64,000 bases of DNA from an uncultured virus (IMG/VR IMGVR_UViG_3300021164_000690) (taxonomy: Duplodnaviria; Heunggongvirae; Uroviricota; Caudoviricetes): IMG/VR virus record IMGVR_UViG_3300021164_000690. One strand, given 5' to 3'. The notes under the pieces were generated by a model. That model saw nothing but the letters and a program-made list of their open reading frames with translations, ran no database searches and was not told the DNA's origin. Positions within the stretch are counted from its first letter, which is position 1. Each line of letters begins with the position of its first letter. Shown here in pieces: positions 47,183-56,486 of this stretch. The position numbers and the translations under genes are program-made.

Positions 47183-48757
47183 TTAATTTAAGTTATCCCA
47201 TGTAGAACCGTTGTATCCGCTAAACTTGCTAGTACCAGTTAAGAATACAATCATACCTGCCGCTGGGCTTGTAATAGCCGTATTACGAGCAGTGGCATCG
47301 GCATAAGTTACTACTTGGAATGGAACTGTTCCAGTTATAGCAGTTGAACTAACGGTCAGTCTAGTTAGCTGATTACCATCAGTGTGAACTGTTGAAAATA
47401 CCAATCTTCCTGGAACATAGCCGGCACTCACTGTACCATCAACTAGACCAGTAATCATTGAAGACGACCTATAATCAGTCCCGTCGTGCCCAGCAAAAAT
47501 CAAGTTTTTAATACTGTCATTATTTTGCACAGTAGTTTGAGTAACAATTGTACCCCTAGCTCTACCAAATACAGCCCCACCTGTACCAAGTGGAGTATTG
47601 TGTATTTCCAATAATCTTAATGGTGATGCAGTAACAGATTGCGAGATTACAGTAATTGATCCGTCACCACTTGATCCGTCAGTTGATGGTCCAAATATCT
47701 GAAGACCATTAGTTATTAAGTTACTGGAAATATTAACTGCTCCAGTTCCAGATGGATTCATGGATATGGAATCATTGCCAGATCTTGAAACAATGGCGTT
47801 ATTTACAATTTCTAATTGCGATGTTATTAATCTACCATACACATCACCAGTTAGTATACCAATGTGTTCACCTCTAAGCACTCCAGATGGTCCATCTACT
47901 AATACTGTAGAATCGTCGGAAAACACGCTACCAATTACATGGCCAGTTAAAATTCCAGTTACGTTGCCAGTTACGTTGCCAGTTACGTTGCCATTTAAAT
48001 TTCCAAAAAAGTTTCCGTTAATAGCATCAACCAACATACTGGAATCATCAGCAAATACACTGCCTTTTAAATCACCAGTGACATCTCCAGTTAAATTGCC
48101 AACAACCCCTGTTGCATCAATGGAAACAACGTTGGCAGCGTCAACAACTCCAAATACCAATTTGCCAGATTCTGCATTATCGGCAACATTAGTAACAACT
48201 GATCTAATATTTGCTATGACCTCGTCCAATCCTGTTACGGTTGATTGTCTAAATTCAATCATTGGTCCAGCATTATTGTTAGCGGGCGCGGCCCTATAAG
48301 CAGCAATTTGAATAACTGGGCTTACGTCATTGTCATAAGTTGACATGTTTACGGCCATACGCATTAATCTATTTCCAGTGCCTTCAATGTCCACAACAGA
48401 AGTTGTTGGATTGGCGGCCCAAGCTTCACCTATTGCCAATGCAGCAATGGTTCCACCGTTAAAGTTTGCCGGCCCATCAATTGTTAATGAATTAGTATTG
48501 TCATTGGTAGTTAATGTGATATTTGTGCCAGCAACAACTGTTAATACGTTATTGTCACCAGATGATAACACTGCGTCCTGTCCAGCAACTGCCAGTGAAG
48601 AAAAGTATCCAGCATCTTGTCCGCCAGCACTAACACCATCACCAATGTACAGTTTTTTAGTATCTGTTGTGTATAACAGTTCGCCTTGTGAAGGAACGTC
48701 TACACCTGATAATGCTAATCTTTGCGCTTCAGTACCGCGTCTAATTTGTAATGCCAT
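47183..48757 (-). CDS. tail fibre protein (Mtd_N/hyaluronidase-N-like head)
   Basis: LQIRRGT...GEL-x-YTTDTKKLYIGDG; G-x-V-x-G repeats; GMI...YNGSTW. Confidence 0.75.
   Translation of the reverse strand: MALQIRRGTEAQRLALSGVDVPSQGELLYTTDTKKLYIGDGVSAGGQDAGYFSSLAVAGQDAVLSSGDNNVLTVVAGTNITLTTNDNTNSLTIDGPANFNGGTIAALAIGEAWAANPTTSVVDIEGTGNRLMRMAVNMSTYDNDVSPVIQIAAYRAAPANNNAGPMIEFRQSTVTGLDEVIANIRSVVTNVADNAESGKLVFGVVDAANVVSIDATGVVGNLTGDVTGDLKGSVFADDSSMLVDAINGNFFGNLNGNVTGNVTGNVTGILTGHVIGSVFSDDSTVLVDGPSGVLRGEHIGILTGDVYGRLITSQLEIVNNAIVSRSGNDSISMNPSGTGAVNISSNLITNGLQIFGPSTDGSSGDGSITVISQSVTASPLRLLEIHNTPLGTGGAVFGRARGTIVTQTTVQNNDSIKNLIFAGHDGTDYRSSSMITGLVDGTVSAGYVPGRLVFSTVHTDGNQLTRLTVSSTAITGTVPFQVVTYADATARNTAITSPAAGMIVFLTGTSKFSGYNGSTWDNLN
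47955..47993. repeat. 12-bp tandem repeat x3 encoding GNVT
   Basis: ccagttacgttg repeated. Confidence 0.9.
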
Positions 48758-48775
48758 TTATTATTCCCCTAATCC

Positions 48776-49483
48776 TTAAAATGATCCAAGATCAAAATCG
48801 TATGTGCTTGGCACTGTAAACGAGCCAAAGTCTAAATCACTTCCAGCTCCGCCAGCGGTTAATTGAACTGACCCATCTGGGAATGTCAATGAACCATCTA
48901 ATCCAAATTGCCATATGCGAGGAGTATTCAAACAATCAGTTCCAATGTAAACTGCTGCATCAGTTACCCAAACAAATTGACCATCATTATTTGAAGCAAG
49001 CTCTGCCCAACCACCCGGACCAGCTTTTAAATCTATGTTACCAGGTTCTGAAGGCACCAATTGAGCCAAACTTGGTAATTCTAAAATTCCAGTATTCTTG
49101 AACCACCAACGGTTATCGTATATGGCTCCTTCTGTACCAAACAGTGAAGTATTGATATGTACGCCATCAGTGTCTGCCCAAACATATTGATTTTTTCCAG
49201 TATCTGGATTATCCACATCACTGGCCCATTGCATTTGTACATAATTGATATTGGGGTTCAATGCATCACCACCAGCAATAATTTTTACAGGGCCGCTGCT
49301 TTTGATTGTTCCTGGAATGACCAAGTTGCCATTGGAATCCAATGAAACTACATATGAACCGTTAACAATAGCTTCTGAACTAAAAGTAGCAAAATTAGCA
49401 TTGACCTTTTCAAATGCCGTGCGTAAATCATCGCCTGACCCGTCGTTTGCGTAGTTACCTATTAAAATTGTTTGAATTGGCAT
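48776..49483 (-). CDS. short tail/baseplate fibre protein with T4 gp9/gp10-like N-terminus
   Basis: IG-x-x-ANDGSGDDLRTAFEKVNANF. Confidence 0.7.
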   Translation of the reverse strand: MPIQTILIGNYANDGSGDDLRTAFEKVNANFATFSSEAIVNGSYVVSLDSNGNLVIPGTIKSSGPVKIIAGGDALNPNINYVQMQWASDVDNPDTGKNQYVWADTDGVHINTSLFGTEGAIYDNRWWFKNTGILELPSLAQLVPSEPGNIDLKAGPGGWAELASNNDGQFVWVTDAAVYIGTDCLNTPRIWQFGLDGSLTFPDGSVQLTAGGAGSDLDFGSFTVPSTYDFDLGSF

Positions 49484-49504
49484 GTTCTGATCTCTTTAGT
49501 ATAT

Positions 49505-49942
49505 TTAGCGTTTCTTAAAGTTGAATGCTATACTGATCCTAACTGCCTGGCTGGTGTTGGGTCTTACTCTATGTTCTAAACTACCAGGAAATACCAGTAA
49601 ATCACCTGCTCGAGGACTCTCTGTCCAATATGCTTCACCCTGCTTGAACTCTATAACACCCGCAGGAACCTGTACATACAGCACACCTACTCTAGCCCAC
49701 TGGCTGTGACTATGCCAACCCGTGCCTTCGCCCTGTAGGTTCGCATTAAACCACCATGTGTCTATACTACCCGCTTCTGCTTCAACTGCCCTATATGTTG
49801 ATTCAAACCATGGAAAAGGCTGACCAGTATACCCTATACTCTGCCAGCCTGCGCCGTATCTGCGTCTATAGTCCAATCCACGCTGTTCCTGGATCAGTTC
49901 TGCCAGCCCTGCGTCAACTGCCAGCCTGCGTTGTTCAAACAT
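49505..49942 (-). CDS. 2OG-Fe(II) oxygenase-like protein
   Basis: W-x-N, HSH, GVLYV, GDLLVFPG-x-L-x-H-x-V, RISIAFN. Confidence 0.85.
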   Translation of the reverse strand: MFEQRRLAVDAGLAELIQEQRGLDYRRRYGAGWQSIGYTGQPFPWFESTYRAVEAEAGSIDTWWFNANLQGEGTGWHSHSQWARVGVLYVQVPAGVIEFKQGEAYWTESPRAGDLLVFPGSLEHRVRPNTSQAVRISIAFNFKKR

Positions 49943-49945
49943 CAA

Positions 49946-52090
49946 TTACCAGTAGAAGTTAAACACATGTGACGTGCTGGTGTTGCCAGTTAACCCGGTA
50001 TGATCGTATGTTATGATTCTGCCACCGTCACCGTCTGACTGATTTCCTGTCACAGTTCTAGTGCCAAAGCCTGCTATGTTGCTGGTTATTCTAGCACCGA
50101 CTGGTATGGCCGTAGCCTCAGCAAGTCTAGGATTATCTGCAAGACAGTATGTAGTGCCAAAGGTGCCGCCACCATAAGGATGTACCAATCCAGTGAATGT
50201 GTTCGGGAACTCTTCACTCACAGTTGTACCGTTGTTGACGATAGTATGTCTAGCACCAGTGAAGTTTACTGCTCCCGCAACACTTAGGGGAGGTGAAATA
50301 TTTATTCCCCAATTATCGGGATCTGCTGTGAATACTGCTGCGGTGATTAATGAAGTTGTAGAATCGCTAGTATTTGTTACGGTATTGCCTACTCGAACTT
50401 GTTTATCTAAATTAGGATATGTTGATTTAGAAAAATACAGTTGGCCACCATTACTGGCGGACAACGCCACATTATTCAACTCATAATAAGATGTATCAGA
50501 TAACGGGTAACCCAAGTCCAAGAACAATCGAGTATCTGATTCAACACCATAAGTCACTGTGGAAGTAAATGCCGCGGCATACTTGGCCGTGTTACTGATT
50601 CTAACCATGGCCATCTTGCCATCAAAACTGTTGTTGCCACCGCTTATATTACCTATGGCTAAACTGTCTGTAGAGTTAGTATAGTTGGCTGTGCCAAATG
50701 TTCCTGAAACTTTAGTCTGCTCAACACCATTATAGAATACTTTCTGTGTGCCTGCGTCGTTGACAATGGCCACGTGTGTCCATTGCGCTGGAGTAGGTTC
50801 AGTGTATCGTACATCGTCATATTGAGCGCCTTGACCAACAACTAATTTGCTGTCACTTATTGATATGTTTATAGCATTAGTTGCGGCCCAACCTTCTTGA
50901 TTTAACAAGCCCCATATGCCGCCAGTCATATTTGCGCTGCCATCACCTGAACGATTGGCGTTTAACCAGAACTCTATGGTCCAAGATGTGCCCAAGTTCC
51001 AGTCGGTGCTGGCAGGTGTTGATAGATAATCTCCTTGAGGTTGATTAAACTGTAAACTAAACGGTGGCTCTGGATCAAGACTGGTGTCATTGATGGTAAT
51101 GTCATTGTCGGTGGTTGCTAATACTGTACCAGTGATGCTGCCTGATCGAAGACTGACTGTAAATGTTTCACTACCCTCAGTGGTAGCATCGGCATCAGGT
51201 GTTACTGTAAATGAACCTGCGTTATTGGTAATTTCTACTTCGCCACTGCTTGTACCAAAATCACTGGCAAGGGTTTCTACGGTCCAAAAATAAGTGTCGT
51301 CGGGAATATTAGTTCCGCTTACATCAATTATTAAACTACTGCCTTCATTGACATTGTTGGCTCTAGGTGCTATTTGATAAGTTGGCTCTGGTGGATCAAG
51401 ACTTGTGTCATTGATGGTAACTGGATCACTGGTTGCTAATATGGTTCCGGTAATACTACCTGAACGCAGACGGGCTGTAAATGTTTCTTCTCCTTCGGTT
51501 GCGGCATCAGCAGTGGGTGTCACTGTGAATGACGCACTACTATTTGTAATGGTAATTGTTCCATCTACGGTGCTAAAGTCGCCGCTGCCGTTCACAGTCC
51601 AATAATAAATGCCGTTGGGGATATTAGTTCCACCAACTGTGAATTCTAAACTGCTGCCTTCATCAACGTTGTCGGCGGCAGGTGTTAGTGTGTATGTTGG
51701 CTCTGGTGTTTGACTGGTGTCAGTGATAGTCAACAAAAAGTTGCCGAGATCGTTGCCGCCCAGCGCCGTGCCCACATTTAGATAATAAGTCTGGTCACCT
51801 TCAGTAGTGAGATCCCCTGCGGCAGTCCAACTAAAAGACCATTGACCAGTACCCTCTATTTGTGTAGATCCTAATGGCATTCCATTAGGTTCAGCAGTGA
51901 CCCAGTCAGCGTTCGCTGTGCTATCATTCACAATCTGCCAATATATAGTAGTTGGCGGATAATTTTGAAAGTCTACAGTTGCGGTATTAGTTGACCCTTC
52001 ATTCATCACCGCTGACCAACCGTAGAAGTTAATAGAAGGACCGCCACCGCCGCTGCTACTGCTGGTTAATAATATTTGTGATATGGGCAT
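49946..52090 (-). CDS. virion adhesin-like protein: three Calx-beta-like repeats + LamG/ConA domain
   Basis: NEG...AD-x-x-TEG-x-ETF...TINDTS x3; WTIEFW...QWTHVAIV...FYNG. Confidence 0.75.
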   Translation of the reverse strand: MPISQILLTSSSSGGGGPSINFYGWSAVMNEGSTNTATVDFQNYPPTTIYWQIVNDSTANADWVTAEPNGMPLGSTQIEGTGQWSFSWTAAGDLTTEGDQTYYLNVGTALGGNDLGNFLLTITDTSQTPEPTYTLTPAADNVDEGSSLEFTVGGTNIPNGIYYWTVNGSGDFSTVDGTITITNSSASFTVTPTADAATEGEETFTARLRSGSITGTILATSDPVTINDTSLDPPEPTYQIAPRANNVNEGSSLIIDVSGTNIPDDTYFWTVETLASDFGTSSGEVEITNNAGSFTVTPDADATTEGSETFTVSLRSGSITGTVLATTDNDITINDTSLDPEPPFSLQFNQPQGDYLSTPASTDWNLGTSWTIEFWLNANRSGDGSANMTGGIWGLLNQEGWAATNAINISISDSKLVVGQGAQYDDVRYTEPTPAQWTHVAIVNDAGTQKVFYNGVEQTKVSGTFGTANYTNSTDSLAIGNISGGNNSFDGKMAMVRISNTAKYAAAFTSTVTYGVESDTRLFLDLGYPLSDTSYYELNNVALSASNGGQLYFSKSTYPNLDKQVRVGNTVTNTSDSTTSLITAAVFTADPDNWGINISPPLSVAGAVNFTGARHTIVNNGTTVSEEFPNTFTGLVHPYGGGTFGTTYCLADNPRLAEATAIPVGARITSNIAGFGTRTVTGNQSDGDGGRIITYDHTGLTGNTSTSHVFNFYW

Positions 52091-52099
52091 CTCGATTCC

Positions 52100-55000
52100 T
52101 TAATCTGGTGCAACATTGCCAGAGATCACCCACGAATCCGTGCCAATCTTTAACAGCGTGGCCATACCGTAGGCAAACAAATCAAAATTGCCACCGTTTG
52201 AGTAATTATCATCACCAGGAATCAGCACTTGTATACTGCCGCCTTCTGTGTTGATAGCCACACTATTACCTCGGGGATTCACAATGGTAATCACTGTGCC
52301 TACGGGAAACTCTACACGAGCATTGTAGGGAATACGAATGCTTTCAAGGTCGTCAGTACAAAGAATGTGATGTCCGCGATCCCCCATACCCAGCGTATAT
52401 GCTACACCATTGAACAGTCTCTGTGGAATGTCTGTGGCTGAAGTATTCTGCTTGGTACCATCGGCAAACACCATGTTGCCGCCGTCTGTGTCACGTACAA
52501 TTTCTACGACTATTGGTGGATAGTAGCCGTCAACGTCATAGTCGCTAGTGTTGTTAGTAGTCACAGTCACTGTGGGCGTGGTTTTGATCAATGGATCAGT
52601 GCTGTCTCCTAATAGGCCAGCATAGTTATTCGAGTCCGCTATATCAACAACATCAATACTATAGTTGATGTCGCTGAGATCGTTAGTATCTGAATTGACA
52701 TCTGTGTAGTAGAACTGTCCATACTCGCCTGTGCCCGTGCCATCTAGAGGCAAGCGAGCAGCCCAAGCCCAATTATTATTGTCGTCATAGTTACGTCCCG
52801 TAATATAGAAACTGTGCATGTCTGTGACTAGACACTCACCAGAACTGCCAATGTAAGCATCATATTCAATGTTAGGAGACAGCCAACGCTTCCAAACAGT
52901 TTCTCCTGCGGGTGTTAGTAGGAATATTTTAATAGCACTGTCGCCGGTTGTGGTAGGATTGTCTGAGCTTTCTTCAGCTGCTACTAATAGATTTCCGTCT
53001 GGTGTACGGGCAATGGTTATATCCTGACCTTCAATGCGTCTCTGCCACTTGACTGTACCTGCACTGTCCAACTTGCTGACAAAAGAATCACCTTCGTCGT
53101 TTTCGTCTACAACATATATGTCTGTGCCAATGGTTACTACACTATGTCCTTCGTGATCGTCGTTTCCACCGTTGAGTTGACGAGCCCATTGTAATGTGCC
53201 TGTGCTGTTGAACTTGTAGACCACTGATAGATCATCAAAATTGTTCGCTGCCAATTCTCCATATCCATCACCTGTCGCAATGATATTGTCTTGACTGTCC
53301 ACTGTCAGTGTAATTATTTCATCAAACTTTTCTTTTGCTGTACCAAATGTACGCTGCCAAGTAGGAGTAATCAGCACACAGTCATTGTCTCGTGAGTAGG
53401 TCACTGACCAACTACCTGCGGCACTAAAGTCAACTTGTGCAGTTGTTTCTATCTTCCAAGTTGTTGATTGACTTGTGCCTGCAACATCGTATACATATTG
53501 AACTTGACCATTGTCCACAAAAAGAGTAAAAGTCATATTGTTGGCTGGGCTAGCACCGCCCAGGCTTGTACCTAGAACAGTAATAACATCGCCATTGACA
53601 TAGTTACTACCTTGAGAAGTGATATTAAAATTGCTGCCGTAATCGTTGTCGATGAACGGTCCTTGTATTGTAAAGGTAAGTCCAGAACCTACTTCAAAGT
53701 TAGTACCCGATACAGAATATACATGTATTTCAGTACCGGCGGCTGTTCCGGAATTGCTTACGTCGACAATACCACCACTTAGGGTTATTGTGTCTATTGT
53801 GATAGTACAATCGTTAGCGGGTGTAGCACCGCCAAGATCAGTACCTAAAATCTTGATCTTGTGTCCTGGTAGATAGTTTGTACCAGCAAGGGCGGCCTGA
53901 GCAGTGTAAGTTCCATTACCATTGTCAGTGACGGTGAAGTCAGCACCTGAACCTTCTCGTGTTGTACCAGTCAATCCAGTGTAGCGTTCCGAAAAGTTAA
54001 CAGTTTGGAACGGCGAAATACCAGTTCCGCCAATCTGCCATTCGTCATTGATATACTCAACTTCTGGAACAGCACTTCTTAAAATCACAATAGTGCCTAC
54101 ACCGCTGCCTGTTTGTGGGACTACAGGAAACTCTGCACTGAACTCGCCCATTTTTCTACCACCTACCACATAGGCTCCGTCGCTGGTCCAGGCAATGGTG
54201 TTTAACTCGACATCAGCGTCACTGTCTTTGAATTCTGTAACATTTAAAAGACGACCAGTATCTTGATCTAAAGTGTATAACACGCTGTAGGTATAGGTGC
54301 CGTAAACCCAACCCAATGCCATGATGTTGCCTGTGACGGGATGAATTTTGAGGGCGGTTATATTACCATCGTCGCCGTTGGCATCTTCATAAACGGTCAC
54401 GCTCCATAGTCTTTCACCTTCAGGACTGACCTTCATTACAAATATATCGTCACTGTCGTCTTCTTCGCCACCTATATAACTGTAGCCCTGTGAGTCAACC
54501 GCAACGCAATCGCCTTCGATGTCGTCATTGCTGGGACGGCTGTCTAGGCCGATAAACCAACCTACCTGCGTCTGTGTTAGTCGTAAATCGCCGTCATTGG
54601 GGATTGTCAGTGTACCGTCAGCACCAAATGTATACTGATAAGTTTCGCTCTGTACTAGGCTGTTGGCCACAGTGGTGTCGGCGTCTGGTACCAGTGTGGA
54701 ATTTGTTGCGGTAATAGTTCCATCCCAGTTTTCATGAGTTAGAGGACTGTCGCTGGTAGTGTGGGTAACAAAGCGTCCTGGCACACGACTTTCTGTGAAG
54801 TGTAAACCACCAATGGTCAAGTCTGTGCCTGCTGTGGGCAACTGTACCACAAAGTAATCGTATTCGTCGTCTGCTGAACTGCCGTTGTCGAACGGTGTAG
54901 TATTCCAACTTTCTCCATAACCGTCTACTGCAAACTTGTCCTCAAATACTGCTATGGCCTGGCCACGGACGGTGGGACCTTGATTAGGTTCCTCTTCTTC

Positions 55001-56251
55001 TAAGTGAGCCACATCAACGTAGCGTTGCCAAATCACCGCACCCTGTGTGTCATAGCGAGCCACAATCATCTTGTTCTGTCCAAGACCTTCTAATCCATTT
55101 TCTGGAACATCGGGTATTGGGCCTGTTTTCTTGGCAAATGTCACTGATGATAGATAAACATCGCCTGTGGCAGTGGCTGTCAATCCTGCGATCCAACTGC
55201 CGCAAGGTCCTGGGCCAAGTCTGCGTGTCCATTGTACTGCACCACTTGAGTTCAGTTTGGTCAATATACCAGCAGAAGCTTCTGGAGTGTTATTGATATC
55301 ACTATTTGTAGTTTTAACTTCATAAGTACCTACCACATAGATATTGCCCAGTGCGTCACTGGCACAGTCACCCCCGTACATGTCATAGTTGTCAGGTGCT
55401 TCTAAACTCTTGCTCCACACCTCCGCTAGATCTTCATCTAGTTTTTCAATGAACATCTTGTCAATACCAGCATTGGTGTCGTTGTAATAACCAGTGACAA
55501 AAACATTCTCATCAGGGTCAACGTCGATACCTGTAACAACCACAAGATCTGTTACGGGCAACTGTAAGGATTTTTTCAACAGCACTGAGCCATCAGTGAT
55601 GCTGATTTCCATTATTAACACTATGCTAGGTCCTAGACCACCATCAACCACTGAAAAGACCAAGGCCAATGTGGTAGTGCTCTTTTCTTCAATGTAGCCT
55701 AGTAAGGAATCAATCTGTCCAAGGTCATACTTTTTCTTCCAACCCAAAGTGCCCGTAGATTCAAACTGCATCACAGTGACACGAGGCCCGTCTTCGTTAA
55801 GAGTAATGTAAGCACGATCTGAACTGTCTACGGCCAATGCTACTGGATAATACTCACTGAATGATTTTTGCCAGGCCACGGTGCCAGTGGCTGTGTATTT
55901 GGTAAGAACTGCTATAGAGTAATTGTCATTATCTTCATCAGTTCGAGTCAATGAGTAAAGATTACCCAGGCTGTCATAACGCAGGGCATTGGGAGTGGTG
56001 TTTCCTTCTTCGCTACGCTGTGTGGCAATCCAATGCTCTGTTGAGCCTGCTGTGATTACAACATTGCCTTCGTCTGTAAGACTTGCGGCTCCACCACCAC
56101 CATAACTCAACTGTGACCAAGTACTGGTGCCATTACCATACTTGACCTTGCCAGTGTCTGTTTCTAATCCTGGTTCGCCGGCGGCTAGTACGGGATTAGT
56201 TTGTGTCCAGTTTGCCGCTGTGTCACGGCGTAGTTTAATTCTTGTTGTCAT
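52100..56251 (-). CDS. large tail fibre/receptor-binding protein with beta-propeller repeats
   Basis: IKLRRDTAANW...LAAGEPGLETDTGKVKYG-x-G; repeated VDS-x-x-N-x-Y and G-x-x-x-W-x-R. Confidence 0.75.
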   Translation of the reverse strand: MTTRIKLRRDTAANWTQTNPVLAAGEPGLETDTGKVKYGNGTSTWSQLSYGGGGAASLTDEGNVVITAGSTEHWIATQRSEEGNTTPNALRYDSLGNLYSLTRTDEDNDNYSIAVLTKYTATGTVAWQKSFSEYYPVALAVDSSDRAYITLNEDGPRVTVMQFESTGTLGWKKKYDLGQIDSLLGYIEEKSTTTLALVFSVVDGGLGPSIVLIMEISITDGSVLLKKSLQLPVTDLVVVTGIDVDPDENVFVTGYYNDTNAGIDKMFIEKLDEDLAEVWSKSLEAPDNYDMYGGDCASDALGNIYVVGTYEVKTTNSDINNTPEASAGILTKLNSSGAVQWTRRLGPGPCGSWIAGLTATATGDVYLSSVTFAKKTGPIPDVPENGLEGLGQNKMIVARYDTQGAVIWQRYVDVAHLEEEEPNQGPTVRGQAIAVFEDKFAVDGYGESWNTTPFDNGSSADDEYDYFVVQLPTAGTDLTIGGLHFTESRVPGRFVTHTTSDSPLTHENWDGTITATNSTLVPDADTTVANSLVQSETYQYTFGADGTLTIPNDGDLRLTQTQVGWFIGLDSRPSNDDIEGDCVAVDSQGYSYIGGEEDDSDDIFVMKVSPEGERLWSVTVYEDANGDDGNITALKIHPVTGNIMALGWVYGTYTYSVLYTLDQDTGRLLNVTEFKDSDADVELNTIAWTSDGAYVVGGRKMGEFSAEFPVVPQTGSGVGTIVILRSAVPEVEYINDEWQIGGTGISPFQTVNFSERYTGLTGTTREGSGADFTVTDNGNGTYTAQAALAGTNYLPGHKIKILGTDLGGATPANDCTITIDTITLSGGIVDVSNSGTAAGTEIHVYSVSGTNFEVGSGLTFTIQGPFIDNDYGSNFNITSQGSNYVNGDVITVLGTSLGGASPANNMTFTLFVDNGQVQYVYDVAGTSQSTTWKIETTAQVDFSAAGSWSVTYSRDNDCVLITPTWQRTFGTAKEKFDEIITLTVDSQDNIIATGDGYGELAANNFDDLSVVYKFNSTGTLQWARQLNGGNDDHEGHSVVTIGTDIYVVDENDEGDSFVSKLDSAGTVKWQRRIEGQDITIARTPDGNLLVAAEESSDNPTTTGDSAIKIFLLTPAGETVWKRWLSPNIEYDAYIGSSGECLVTDMHSFYITGRNYDDNNNWAWAARLPLDGTGTGEYGQFYYTDVNSDTNDLSDINYSIDVVDIADSNNYAGLLGDSTDPLIKTTPTVTVTTNNTSDYDVDGYYPPIVVEIVRDTDGGNMVFADGTKQNTSATDIPQRLFNGVAYTLGMGDRGHHILCTDDLESIRIPYNARVEFPVGTVITIVNPRGNSVAINTEGGSIQVLIPGDDNYSNGGNFDLFAYGMATLLKIGTDSWVISGNVAPD

Positions 56252-56254
56252 TGT

Positions 56255-56461
56255 TTATGCTCCGTTGCCACCGTCTAGGGTGTTGTCTAAGTTATTGTTG
56301 TAGGTTTGATCAGCAAACCCGCCCTCTGCTACATACTGTGCTCTACCTGCTAGCCAAGGAACTAATGTGCTCCAAATGCTGCCGGTCCATTGATAGGTCA
56401 CAGCGTTGTCACCTACGTATTCTTGCCCTAGTGTGGGCTCTGTTGGAAATGTTATTGCCAT
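56255..56461 (-). CDS. small tail-associated protein
   Basis: FP-x-x-PTLGQ...YQWTG-x-x-W. Confidence 0.65.
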   Translation of the reverse strand: MAITFPTEPTLGQEYVGDNAVTYQWTGSIWSTLVPWLAGRAQYVAEGGFADQTYNNNLDNTLDGGNGA

Positions 56462-56486
56462 TTTAGTGTCCTATTCATATTTATCG

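Noticed and set aside
47183..56251. Diversity-generating retroelement suggested by Mtd_N-like fibre heads
   Set aside because: No reverse transcriptase and no adenine-mismatched TR/VR pair seen in this window
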